NCBI GenBank assembly: GCA_963704165.1
Contig: CAVPHD010000009.1
Span: forward strand, 259,673 to 323,672
Length of the DNA: 64,000 bases
Direction: 5' to 3'
Origin: an uncultured delta proteobacterium
Lineage (GTDB): Bacteria > Myxococcota_A > UBA9160 > SZUA-336
Position numbers and translations under genes: made by a program. This document shows positions 32,303-45,226 of this stretch, in pieces. Within the stretch, counting starts at the first letter, position 1; the number at the start of each line of letters is the position of its first letter. The notes beneath the pieces were generated by a model, which worked only from the letters and a program-made list of their open reading frames with translations, was not told where the DNA came from and made no database searches.

Positions 32303-32491
32303 AGGAGAGCGCATTCGATGAGCCGGCAAACGGAGGCCGGCACCGGAAGCCTGGTGCTCAACCCGGTGCGGCGAGTCGCGCGAATGCAGGCTTCAGCAGC
32401 GCGGAAGCGCGCATCGCCACCACCAAGCACGACCAAAGCGCGGAACCAAGCACCGCCAGAACGCGAATTCCTCAGCGAGCCCGGAACCTTG

Positions 32492-32568
32492 TGGCGGGGC
32501 GGACGGGACTCGAACCCGCAACTTCCGACGTGACAGGCCGGTGCTCTAACCAGTTGAACTACCGCCCC
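32492..32568 (-). tRNA. tRNA-Asp (anticodon GTC), CCA encoded
   Basis: Minus strand GGGGCGGTAGTTCAACTGGTTAGAGCACCGGCCTGTCACGTCGGAAGTTGCGGGTTCGAGTCCCGTCCGCCCCGCCA folds into a cloverleaf by eye. Confidence 0.93.
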
Positions 32569-32689
32569 AAGCCGGCGATCTAGTTACCGAAGCGGCCCGA
32601 CGTTGGCAAACGCCAGCGTCCGCATGCAGCCCGCGAGCGAGCGCCCAAGGCGCAAGCGCGCAGCGAGGCACAGCCGAGCGAAGCTGGAT

Positions 32690-32708
32690 GGGCGGGCTTC
32701 GCCCGCCC
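32690..32708 (-). other. perfect GC stem-loop between tRNA-Val and tRNA-Asp (processing or termination element?)
   Basis: GGGCGGGC-ttc-GCCCGCCC, 14 nt downstream of the tRNA-Val 3' end. No U-tract follows on either strand. Confidence 0.3.
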
Positions 32709-32722
32709 GGGCCCCACAAGAC

Positions 32723-32794
32723 TGGGCGGAGAGGGATTCGAACCCCCGGCCCGCGCCGTGTAAAGGCGCCGCTCTACCGCTGAGCTATCCGCCC
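32723..32794 (-). tRNA. tRNA-Val (anticodon TAC)
   Basis: Minus strand GGGCGGATAGCTCAGCGGTAGAGCGGCGCCTTTACACGGCGCGGGCCGGGGGTTCGAATCCCTCTCCGCCCA. CCA is not encoded. Confidence 0.92.
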
Positions 32795-32854
32795 GGTCTG
32801 ATCGTGCCGCGTGTGGACGTCTTGCGTGGAGGAGGTCCGAGTCGACGGACGTCG

Positions 32855-35308
<2,454 letters not shown>

Positions 35309-35335
35309 GGCCGATTCCTTGCTGGTGCGCGAGCG

Positions 35336-36573
<1,238 letters not shown>

Positions 36574-36577
<4 letters not shown>

Positions 36578-37200
36578 TCGGGCGTCTTCCCCTCTGCCCC
36601 CCCGCTCGCGGGGCGGTCGTGCTTCGAGATGATCCGATCGACGATTCCGTAGTCGAGTGCTTCCCCGGCCGACATGAAGCGATCGCGCTCCGTGTCCTGC
36701 TCGAGCTGAGCGGCGTCCTTGCCGCAGTGGCTTCCGAGGATTTCGTTCAGGGTCGAGCGGAGCGTCAGGATCTCCTTGGCGTGGATCTGGATGTCGGTGC
36801 TCTTGCCCTGCACCCCACCCCAGGGCTGATGGATCATCACGCGCGCGTGCGGAAGGCAGGAGCGCTTCCCCTTGGTGCCCGCGGCGAGGAGGACCGCGCC
36901 CATGCTCGCCGCCTGCCCCATGCAGATCGTCTGCACGTCGGGGTTCACGTACTGCATCACGTCGTAGATGCCCAGGCCCGCATTCACCTCGCCACCGGGC
37001 GAGTTTACGTAGACGAAGATGTCCTTCTCGGGGTCGTCGGCCTCGAGAAACAGGAGCTGCGCGATGATGAGATTGGCGACGTCGTCGTTGATGGCGCTGC
37101 CGAGCACGATGATGCGGTCACGTAGCAGGCGCGAGTAGATGTCATAGGCGCGCTCGCCGCGATTGGACTGCTCGACCACCATCGGAATCAGCAACGACAT
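36574..37200 (-). CDS. clpP: ATP-dependent Clp protease proteolytic subunit
   Basis: 208-aa ORF ...[27 protein letters not shown]...[16 protein letters not shown]... Confidence 0.97.
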
Positions 37201-37284
37201 ACCCCCAGTCTAGCGGATCGGCTCAGAACACCCTGCTCCCAAGCAAATCGGATGCAAGTCAGTTTCTGGTTGAATTCCGCACCC

Positions 37285-38574
37285 TTACCCATCCGACACG
37301 TTAGCTTCGGCGAGCGCGAATTCAACTACCTTCTCCTCGAGCAATCCCGCGCGCAACGCGTCGAGAAGACCCTGTTCCCGGTACTCTCGCCGCACTTCCG
37401 AGGCCTTGCGCTGGCTCGCCTCGGCGATGCGCGCGAGTTGCGCATCGATCTCTTCGTCCGCGACCTCGATCGACTCGCGCTTGGCGATCTCGGGCGTCAA
37501 CAACGCGAGCCGAACCTCGCGTTCGACCTGGGGACGAAGCTCCTCCTGCCAGCGCTGCGCGAGCGAGGTGAGGAGCTCGCGATCGAGGTTGGCGCCCCCG
37601 AACTGGGTGAGCATGCGCTCGATGCGCGCGCGCAGCTGCGCCTCCACGAGGGCCGCAGGAACCGGGAACGGATTCGCCGCGACGAGCGCCTCGACGAGCG
37701 CCGCGCGTTCGAGACGCTTCTGCTCCGCGGCCCGCCCTTCCCGGATTCGCCGCTCGAGATCGGCGCGTAGATCGGCGAGCGTTTCGAAGTCCGACACGTC
37801 CTTCGCGAACTCGTCATCGAGCACCGGCAGGTCGCGGCGCTTCAGCGCGAGAACCTTCACCTCGAAGCGAACGACCCTCCCGCGAAGCTTCTCGTCCGAG
37901 TGGTCCTCGGGCATCGTCACGTCGAAGGCGTGCTCGTCACCGGCGCGAAGTCCGAGCAGCTGATCCTCGAAGCCGCCGAACGTGCGGCCGGCGCCGATCT
38001 CGACCTGCGACTCGCGCGCGCTCGAACCCTCGAAGGGCTCGCCATCGATCTTGCCGACGTAGTTGATCTCGGCCACGTGTCCGGCGGCGGCCACGGCGTC
38101 GGGCTCCTCCTCGACGACCTGCGCGTGGCGCTGCCGCAGATCCTCGAGATGCGACTCGATGGGGTCCTTCTCCGGTTCGGGCACGACCGGTCGAACCAGC
38201 GAGAGCCCCTTGACCGCCGCGACCTCGATCGTCGGCCGGATGTCGACGTTCGCCTTGTAGGCGTACTGCGTTCCGCGCTTGGGCAACTCGCCCGCGTCGA
38301 GCCGCGGCTCGCCGAGCACGTCCAGACCGGAATCCGAGATCGCCTTGAAGAGCGTGCCTTCCACGAGCCGCTGTAGAACCTCGCCCGAGGCGCGCTCTCC
38401 GAACTGCTGCTCGAGCACTTCGCGCGGCGCCTTGCCGGGTCGAAAGCCGCGGATGTGCGTGTTCCGGCGGATCTCGCGGAAGGCGGCGTCGAACGCCGCA
38501 TCGACCTCCGTCGTGGGGATGGCGATCTGCAGGCACCGCTCGACGGGCCCCGTTTCTTCGACGCTGACGTTCAT
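37285..38574 (-). CDS. tig: trigger factor
   Basis: Start set at ATG 38574 (MNVSVEETGPVERCLQIAIP...) inside the 499-aa tracked ORF. Product has a typical Tig N-domain, an FKBP-like middle and C-terminal arms. Canonical tig-clpP-clpX-lon order. Confidence 0.93.
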   Translation of the reverse strand: MNVSVEETGPVERCLQIAIPTTEVDAAFDAAFREIRRNTHIRGFRPGKAPREVLEQQFGERASGEVLQRLVEGTLFKAISDSGLDVLGEPRLDAGELPKRGTQYAYKANVDIRPTIEVAAVKGLSLVRPVVPEPEKDPIESHLEDLRQRHAQVVEEEPDAVAAAGHVAEINYVGKIDGEPFEGSSARESQVEIGAGRTFGGFEDQLLGLRAGDEHAFDVTMPEDHSDEKLRGRVVRFEVKVLALKRRDLPVLDDEFAKDVSDFETLADLRADLERRIREGRAAEQKRLERAALVEALVAANPFPVPAALVEAQLRARIERMLTQFGGANLDRELLTSLAQRWQEELRPQVEREVRLALLTPEIAKRESIEVADEEIDAQLARIAEASQRKASEVRREYREQGLLDALRAGLLEEKVVEFALAEANVSDG

Positions 38575-38668
38575 CTCTCTTCGCTCCCAAGCCACGCAGA
38601 CGTGTCCGATCCGGCGCCGGCCCCATGATAGGGTACGCGCCGAGGCACTCAAGCGGGGGAAGGCAGGC

Positions 38669-39940
38669 GTGGCGACGCTCCAGGAGCTCTCCGACCAGCT
38701 GTTCACGGGCCGCGCCCGCACCCGGGATCCCGCGCACCATCCCTTCGCCTTCCTCGACCAGACCGAGGAGGTCGCCTCGGGCATCGCGTTCTACAAGGCG
38801 TTCGTGAACGTGACTGCGCTGCGCACCTCGGACGGGCTGGTGTTGATCGATACCGGCCCGTTCCAGCCCGGACTGCAGGAGCGGGCCTTCGCCGGTGTGC
38901 GGAGCTTCGCGAAGGATCGCGTGCACACGGCGATCTACACCCACGGACACGTGGACCATGCGTACGGGCTGCCTCCGTTCCTCCGGGAAGCGGAGTCGAA
39001 GGGCTGGGCCCGGCCCGAGATCGTGGGGCACGTCGATGTCGCACCGCGAATGCGCCGCTACGTCGAGACCGCGGGCTACAACTCGATCATCAATCAGCGG
39101 CAGTTCGGCGTGCCGGTCGAGTTTCCTACCCACCCCGACTTCCCGACGTTCACGTATCGCGACGAGCTTCGGCTCCGGATCGGCGGGCGCGAGCTCGAGA
39201 TCCACCACGCGCGCGGCGAGACGGACGACCACACCTGGGTCTTCATCCCGGACGTGCGCGTGCTCTGCACCGGGGACCTCTTCATCTGGGCCTCGCCCAA
39301 CGCGGGCAATCCACAGAAGGTGCAGCGCTACGCTTCCGACTGGGCCCGCGCGCTGCGCGCGATGTCCGCGAAGGAGCCGCAGGTACTGCTTCCGGGCCAC
39401 GGCGTGCCGATCTTCGGTGCCGAACGCGTCCGTGCCGCCCTGCTCGACACGGCCGACTACCTGGACTCGCTCTACCGCCAGACGCTCGCGTGCCTGAATC
39501 GCGGCCTGGGCGTTTACGAGATCATCGAGACCGTGAAGGTACCCGCCGAGCTCTCCGAGAAACCCTACCTGCAGCCGATCTACGACGAGCCGGAGTTCAT
39601 CGTGCGAAACGTCGTGCGCTGCCTCGGCGGCTGGTGGAGCGGCGTCGCGAGCGAGCTCAAGCCGGCGCCGCGCGCGCAACAGGCCCGCGAGATCGCGGAG
39701 GTCGCGGGCGGCGTCGCGCGCCTGCTCGAGCGCGCGGCGAAGTCGCTGGCCGCCGGCGATCTGCGCATGGCCTCGCACTGGGTCGATTGGGCCGCCGATG
39801 CGGAGCCCGAGAGCGTGGAGGTGCACCGGCTTCGCGCCGAGGTCTACGAGCAGCGCGTCGCCGCCGAGACGTCGACGATGTCGAAGGGGATCTTTCGCGC
39901 CGCCGCAAACGACTCCACTACGAAGACCCGGCCGGGCTGA
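38669..39940 (+). CDS. MBL-fold metallo-hydrolase, alkyl/aryl-sulfatase-like (no SCP2 tail)
   Basis: GTG 38669 after GGGGGAAGG. Carries the motif ..LVLIDTG...AIYTHGHVDHAYG... and a C-terminal alkyl-sulfatase dimerisation-like region. Confidence 0.75.
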   Translation: MATLQELSDQLFTGRARTRDPAHHPFAFLDQTEEVASGIAFYKAFVNVTALRTSDGLVLIDTGPFQPGLQERAFAGVRSFAKDRVHTAIYTHGHVDHAYGLPPFLREAESKGWARPEIVGHVDVAPRMRRYVETAGYNSIINQRQFGVPVEFPTHPDFPTFTYRDELRLRIGGRELEIHHARGETDDHTWVFIPDVRVLCTGDLFIWASPNAGNPQKVQRYASDWARALRAMSAKEPQVLLPGHGVPIFGAERVRAALLDTADYLDSLYRQTLACLNRGLGVYEIIETVKVPAELSEKPYLQPIYDEPEFIVRNVVRCLGGWWSGVASELKPAPRAQQAREIAEVAGGVARLLERAAKSLAAGDLRMASHWVDWAADAEPESVEVHRLRAEVYEQRVAAETSTMSKGIFRAAANDSTTKTRPG

Positions 39941-41138
39941 TTCCGGCCGCGACGCGCGCCGCGACCTCGCGCGCGATCGCGCCCGCGGCCCGCGCGAACT
40001 CGTCGCTCGGCCCGAGCAACGACACCACCACGTGACAACCGTCGAGGTCGTAGAGCGCGCCCGGATGGACGTAGGTCCCGAGCCGATCGAGCAGGTGAAG
40101 CGCCCAGCCCTCGTCGTCGAGTCCTTCGAGCCGGGGCAGCCGGAGGATCGCGGACCAGCCGGCCTCGACGTCGAGCACGCACGCGGCACCCGAAGCGAGC
40201 GCGGCGCGAAGCGCCTCGAGGTTCGCGGTCGTGCGCGCTCGGATCTCCGCGCGCATCGGCGCCGACTCGCTCAGGATCCGCGGCAGGGCCCGCTGCACCG
40301 GCGTCGAGACGGAGAGGTACGTGTCGGCGATCATCGCCAACCGTTCGCGCGCGGCTTCGACCCGTTCGGCCGGTCCGGACATCACCCCCCAGGCGAGCTT
40401 CAGCTGTGGCAACGCGGCGAGCTTCGACAGCCCCGAGAGCACGAACGTCAGCGCCGCACGAGCGCCGGCCGCGCAACGGGCACGCCCCGGGGTCTCGCGC
40501 AGCGGGAACTCGGCGAAGACCTCGTCGACGACGAGCGCGAGGCCACTCGCAGCGCAAAGCGATGCGATCGCTTCGAGCTCCACCTCCGCCAGGTACGCGC
40601 CGGTCGGATTCCCGGGAGCGGTGCAGACGATCGCGCGCGCGCGCGGCTGCGCGGCAAGGGTGTCGCGAAGCCGCCCGAGATCGACGAACCACGCGCCGTC
40701 GTAGCCGAGCTCGTACGAGACCAGCCGCACGTCCGCGAGCGCGGCGACGAACTCGAGCAGCGGATAGCCGGGCCGCGGCACGAGCACGACGTCGCCCGGG
40801 TCGCAGAGCAGGGCCAAGAGCTGCGCGAACGCCTCGCTCGTGCTCGCCGTCAGCCAGACGTCGGACGCGTCGCATGCGCAACCGCGATCTCGGTAGTACC
40901 CTGCAATCGCCTCTCGCGCGGACGCGAGACCGAAGGGCTCCGGCCGGTAGGCCGCGATCGAAGCGTCGAGCAGGCTCGCGTAGAACGAGCTTCGATACTG
41001 AAAGCCGACCGCGGTCGGATTGCTGATGGTGAGATCGACGACGGCCCCGCCCGCTTCGCGGCGATTCGCGAGCGCGAGGCTGAGTGCGTTTGGCGAGAGC
41101 TCCCAGTCGGTGCGGAGGGAGAACATCCGGCGCAGCAT
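39918..41138 (-). CDS. pyridoxal-phosphate-dependent aminotransferase (class I/II)
   Basis: ...NPTAVGF...YRPEPFGLASAREAIAGYY...VLVPRPGYPLLEF...LSGLSKLAALPQLKLAW (PLP-lysine region). Start at ATG 41138 or 41126. Confidence 0.82.
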   Translation of the reverse strand: MLRRMFSLRTDWELSPNALSLALANRREAGGAVVDLTISNPTAVGFQYRSSFYASLLDASIAAYRPEPFGLASAREAIAGYYRDRGCACDASDVWLTASTSEAFAQLLALLCDPGDVVLVPRPGYPLLEFVAALADVRLVSYELGYDGAWFVDLGRLRDTLAAQPRARAIVCTAPGNPTGAYLAEVELEAIASLCAASGLALVVDEVFAEFPLRETPGRARCAAGARAALTFVLSGLSKLAALPQLKLAWGVMSGPAERVEAARERLAMIADTYLSVSTPVQRALPRILSESAPMRAEIRARTTANLEALRAALASGAACVLDVEAGWSAILRLPRLEGLDDEGWALHLLDRLGTYVHPGALYDLDGCHVVVSLLGPSDEFARAAGAIAREVAARVAAGISPAGSS

Positions 41139-41201
41139 CACGGACGCGCAGAGTAGCCGCAGTGCGCAGGCAGCGCGCACGCGAGCACGAGCGAGTGGGC
41201 G

Positions 41202-44200
41202 ATGAGCTCCCGGGTGAACGCGCCACGGGTCGAGCCAGAACGCCACTCCGATGAGGCGGGAGAGTCTCGCCCCGAGAATGGAGCCGAGCCCATGCTCCCC
41301 TCGCTGCCACATCCCGGATCGACTTCCGGTCCTGCGCGCGCGCGGACCGAACGGGAGCGCACGCGAAGAGGCCCCCGCTTCCGCATCCGTTGGCGCTGGG
41401 TCTTCGCGTTGGCTCTGCTGGGCGCGATCGCGCTCGGCGTGATGTTTCTACTCGAGGAGCTGCGCACGTCCGAGTACCAGGCGCGAAAGCTCGCCGCGCT
41501 CGCGCGCGAGGCGCAGTTCCGCGTCGAACCGGGCCCGAGCCCGAGCATCCGCTTTCCCGACACCGGGCCGTACGACGAGCGGCTCGGCTACACCGGTTTG
41601 CCCGACTTCATCGCGCGGCTCGTGGCGTCGGGCTTCGAGATCGAGTCCCAGGCCCGCCACTCTCCGCGGCTTCAGGAGCTCGAGGACTGGGGCATCTCGC
41701 CGGCCTACCGCGAGAAGGACCGCGCCGGGCTGCGCATCGTCGCGCGCGACGGCGCGCCGTTGTTCGCGACGCGCTTCCCCGAACACACCTACGCGCGTTT
41801 CGAGGACGTGCCCGCGGTCGTCGTGGACGCGCTCGTCTTCGTCGAGAACCGCGAGGTGCTCGACACGCGTAATCCCAAACGCAATCCCGCCGTCGAGTGG
41901 GACCGGCTCGCGCGCGCCGCGTTCGCACGCGCGCTCCAGATCGCGGGTGCCGACACCGAGCGCTCGGGCGGCAGCACGCTCGCGACGCAGATCGAGAAGT
42001 TCCGCCACTCGCCCCGAGGTCTCACCAGCTCTCCCGCCGAGAAGCTGCGCCAGATGGCGTCGGCGAGCCTGCGCGCGTACCAGGACGGCGAGAACACGAT
42101 CGAAGCCCGCCGGCAGATCGTGCTCGACTACGTGAACTCGATCCCGCTCGCCGCCGCGCCGCCGCGCGGCGAGGTGATCGGACTCGGGGATGCGATGTCG
42201 ATCTGGTACGGCGCGGACTTCGCGCGGTCGAACGAGATCCTCCGCTCGGCCACCGATCCCGCGTCCCGCTTCGATCTCGAGACACGCGCACGCGCCTACA
42301 AGCGCGCGCTCTCGCTCGTGCTCTCGGCCGGACGGCCGTCCTACTACCTGATCCAGGATCCGAAGGCCCTGGCCTCGCGAACCGACACCTATCTGCGTCT
42401 GCTCGCGGGAGCCGGAGCGATTCCCACCGGGCTGCGCGACGCCGCGCTCGCGACCGAGCTCGATCTCCGCCGCCGCGGCGCCGATTCGACGCCGCTCCCG
42501 GCCGAAGATCGCAAGTCGGCGAGCACGGTGCGGGCACGACTGGTCGCGCTGCTCGGACTCTCGGACTACTACGCGCTCGACCGACTCGATCTCGACGTCG
42601 AGACCACCGTCCTCCCGTCGGTTCAAGATGCCGTCACCCGCGAGTTGCGCGCGCTCCGCGATCCGGAGCGCGCGCGCGAGGCGGGCCTTCTCGCCAAGAA
42701 TCTGCTCGAGAGCGGGGATCCGTCGAAGCTCGTCTACAGCTTCTCGCTCTACGAACGCGGACCGGGCGAGAACCACCTGCTCGTGCAGGCCGACAACCTC
42801 GACCAGCCGCTCGACGTGAACGAAGGCGTGAAGCTCGACCTCGGCTCGACCGCAAAGCTGCGCACGCTCGCCACCTATCTCGAGATCGTCGCCGAGCTCC
42901 ACTCGCGCTTCTCCGGAGAGCACCGCGAGACGCTCGCCGCGATCGAGATCGACCCGCCCGACCGGATCACGCGCTTCGTGATCGACCAGCTCGTGACCCG
43001 ACCGGACCTGCCGCTCGCCGACCTGCTCGACGCCGCGCTCGAGCGTCGATACTCCGCGAGCCCCGACGAGACGTTCTACACCGGCGGCGGCGAGCACCAC
43101 TTCGGGAACTTCAACAAGGACGACGACGAGCGGGTGATGTCCGTCCGCAGCGCGTTCACGCTCTCGGTGAATCTCGTCTTCATCCGCCTGATGCGCGACG
43201 TCGTGAACTACTACATCCACCAGGCCCCCGGCTCGAGCGCCGCCCTGCTCAGGGATCCGCGCGATCCGCGCCGAGAGCAGTACCTGACGCGCTTCGCCGA
43301 CCAGGAGGGCCGGATCTACCTCGAGAGCTTCTGGCGCAAGTACCACGGCAAGTCCGCCGAGGAGCGGCGCGCCACGCTCCTGCACGGCGTGCGCGCGACA
43401 CCGAAGCGCGTCGCGATGGCGCTTCGCGCCGCCTCGCCCGAGCTGCCGTTCGAGGACTTCCAGACCGCGATCCGCGCCCAGCTTCCCGAAGGCAAGCTCG
43501 CGCCGGGGATCGAGCGGAAGCTCTACGACAGCTACACGCCCCAGCGCTACTCGCTCGCCGATCAGGGGTACATCGCCGGGGTCCACCCGCTCGAGCTCTG
43601 GCTGGTCGGGCACCTGGCCTCGCACCCGGACACGACGCTCCGGCAGGTCTTCGAAGCGAGCGCCGACGAACGCATTTCGGTGTACAAGTGGCTCTTCAGC
43701 CGTCACCGCAAGCGCGCGCAGGATCGCCGCATCCGCAGCCTGCTCGAGATCGAGGCCTTCCTCGAGGTGCACCGGAACTGGCAGGCGCACGGCTACCCGT
43801 TCGATTCGATCGTGCCGTCGCTCGCGACCGCGATCGGCAGCGCTGCGGACCGGCCGTCCTCGCTCGCCGAGCTCACCGGCATCATCGTGAACGACGGCCT
43901 CCGCGTGCCGGTGGTCCGGATCGCGCGGCTCCGCTTCGCCGCCGACACGCCGTGGGAGACATCCCTCGTCCCCGCACCGACCGAGGGCGTGCGAGTGATG
44001 CCGCAGGCGGTCGCGCGCGCACTGCGCGTCGCGATGGTGGCCGTCGTCGATCACGGCACCGCCGTGCGCGCACGTGGGTCACTCGTCTCCCCCGAGGGCC
44101 GGATCGCCGTGGTCGGCGGGAAGACGGGCACGGGCGACCACCGATACAAGGTCTTCGGACCTGGTGGAACGCTGCGCGAGTCGCGTGTCGTGAACCGCAC

Positions 44201-44414
44201 CGCGACCTTCGTCTTCCTGATCGACGACCGCTACTACGGGGTCGTGACCGCCCTCGTGCAAGGGCCGGACGCCGCGAGCTTCTCCTTCACCAGCTCGCTG
44301 CCGACCCAGATCTTCAAGGTGCTCGCACCGACGCTCTCACCCCTCACGCGCGCCGCACCCGGCTCGCTGACGAACACGGCCGCGCTTCCCGAGTCCGGAT
44401 TCGGAGGGCGCTGA
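41202..44414 (+). CDS. large class-A penicillin-binding-protein-like protein (divergent GT51 transglycosylase plus transpeptidase motifs)
   Basis: 1070-aa ORF with an N-terminal TM (WRWVFALALLGAIALGVMFLL). GT51-like GGSTLATQIEKF. Transpeptidase-like STAK (LGSTAKLRTL), SVN and KTG (GGKTGTGDH). Start uncertain. Confidence 0.7.
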   Translation: MSSRVNAPRVEPERHSDEAGESRPENGAEPMLPSLPHPGSTSGPARARTERERTRRGPRFRIRWRWVFALALLGAIALGVMFLLEELRTSEYQARKLAALAREAQFRVEPGPSPSIRFPDTGPYDERLGYTGLPDFIARLVASGFEIESQARHSPRLQELEDWGISPAYREKDRAGLRIVARDGAPLFATRFPEHTYARFEDVPAVVVDALVFVENREVLDTRNPKRNPAVEWDRLARAAFARALQIAGADTERSGGSTLATQIEKFRHSPRGLTSSPAEKLRQMASASLRAYQDGENTIEARRQIVLDYVNSIPLAAAPPRGEVIGLGDAMSIWYGADFARSNEILRSATDPASRFDLETRARAYKRALSLVLSAGRPSYYLIQDPKALASRTDTYLRLLAGAGAIPTGLRDAALATELDLRRRGADSTPLPAEDRKSASTVRARLVALLGLSDYYALDRLDLDVETTVLPSVQDAVTRELRALRDPERAREAGLLAKNLLESGDPSKLVYSFSLYERGPGENHLLVQADNLDQPLDVNEGVKLDLGSTAKLRTLATYLEIVAELHSRFSGEHRETLAAIEIDPPDRITRFVIDQLVTRPDLPLADLLDAALERRYSASPDETFYTGGGEHHFGNFNKDDDERVMSVRSAFTLSVNLVFIRLMRDVVNYYIHQAPGSSAALLRDPRDPRREQYLTRFADQEGRIYLESFWRKYHGKSAEERRATLLHGVRATPKRVAMALRAASPELPFEDFQTAIRAQLPEGKLAPGIERKLYDSYTPQRYSLADQGYIAGVHPLELWLVGHLASHPDTTLRQVFEASADERISVYKWLFSRHRKRAQDRRIRSLLEIEAFLEVHRNWQAHGYPFDSIVPSLATAIGSAADRPSSLAELTGIIVNDGLRVPVVRIARLRFAADTPWETSLVPAPTEGVRVMPQAVARALRVAMVAVVDHGTAVRARGSLVSPEGRIAVVGGKTGTGDHRYKVFGPGGTLRESRVVNRTATFVFLIDDRYYGVVTALVQGPDAASFSFTSSLPTQIFKVLAPTLSPLTRAAPGSLTNTAALPESGFGGR

Positions 44415-44424
44415 CCCAAGCGCT

Positions 44425-45147
44425 TCAGCTTCTTCGCCGCGAGGCGGCAAGATCGTTCAAGAGCTCGATCTGCACCTCCTGTAGCTCGACCATGCGGTCG
44501 AACTGCCCGTGCAGCAGGTGGTCGATCTTCTCGTGCAGGCTCGCGATCTCGAGCTCAGCCTTCAAGTTCGTGCGGAAGTCGAGGTCGGCTTCCATGCGAT
44601 CGCGCGCGGACCTGCGGTTCTGGGACATCATGATGACCGGCGCCTGCATCGCGGCCAGACAGGACAGCACCAGATTCAGCAGGATGAACGGGTACGGATC
44701 GAAGGCGCGTGCGGCGAGACCGGCGTTGATCGCGATCCAGCACACGAGCACGATCAAGAAGCCGATGACGAACGGCCACGAGCCGCCGACGGCGGCGACC
44801 GCGTCCGCGACGCGCTGGGCGGGAGTCGCGCGGCGGTTGAACTCGCGCTCGAGGTTCTCGGCGATCGAGACGTGCTCGTCCGCGCGCCGCGCAACCTCGG
44901 CCTCGACGGCGGTCAGCTCACCGCGCTCGTCCGCGAGGCGTTCCAAGGCGTATTCGACCCGCTCCCGCATGAGACAGTTGCGGCAGATGTAGCCGGTGCC
45001 GGGCCACCGTCCGGGATGTCCGGCCGCGATCCGATCGGCGTTCTGAATTCGGACCGAATCCGCCCGGATGAGTTCCGATCGCCCCCCCATCCGGTGACAG
45101 AGCGTGCAGCTTCGCGGACCGTCCCTGGAATCGACCGGCGTGGACAT
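44425..45147 (-). CDS. DUF1003 membrane protein with an N-terminal 4-Cys zinc-ribbon-like motif
   Basis: Start ATG 45147 (MSTPVDSRDGPRSCTLCHRMG...YICRNCL). The core ...GSWPFVIGFLIVLVCWIAINA...FDPYPFILLNLVLSCLAAMQAPVIMMSQNR is the DUF1003 signature. Confidence 0.75.
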   Translation of the reverse strand: MSTPVDSRDGPRSCTLCHRMGGRSELIRADSVRIQNADRIAAGHPGRWPGTGYICRNCLMRERVEYALERLADERGELTAVEAEVARRADEHVSIAENLEREFNRRATPAQRVADAVAAVGGSWPFVIGFLIVLVCWIAINAGLAARAFDPYPFILLNLVLSCLAAMQAPVIMMSQNRRSARDRMEADLDFRTNLKAELEIASLHEKIDHLLHGQFDRMVELQEVQIELLNDLAASRRRS

Positions 45148-45226
45148 CGCGTCGCCTCCCGCGGCCGTCGCCGCATCGCCGCACGCTAATCGGGTACCGT
45201 GGCGCAAGGCAACCGGGAGAACGCGC

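Noticed and set aside
32400-32800. An integrase, prophage or attachment-site remnant at tRNA-Asp/tRNA-Val, and likewise at tRNA-Leu (52950-53031) and tRNA-Lys (58554-58626).
   Set aside because: No tyrosine-recombinase motifs appear in any frame that I translated, and I noticed no direct repeat of a tRNA 3' end. The tRNA-Leu and tRNA-Lys flanks are ordinary chromosomal genes. Only the compositional dip next to tRNA-Asp is retained as a finding.
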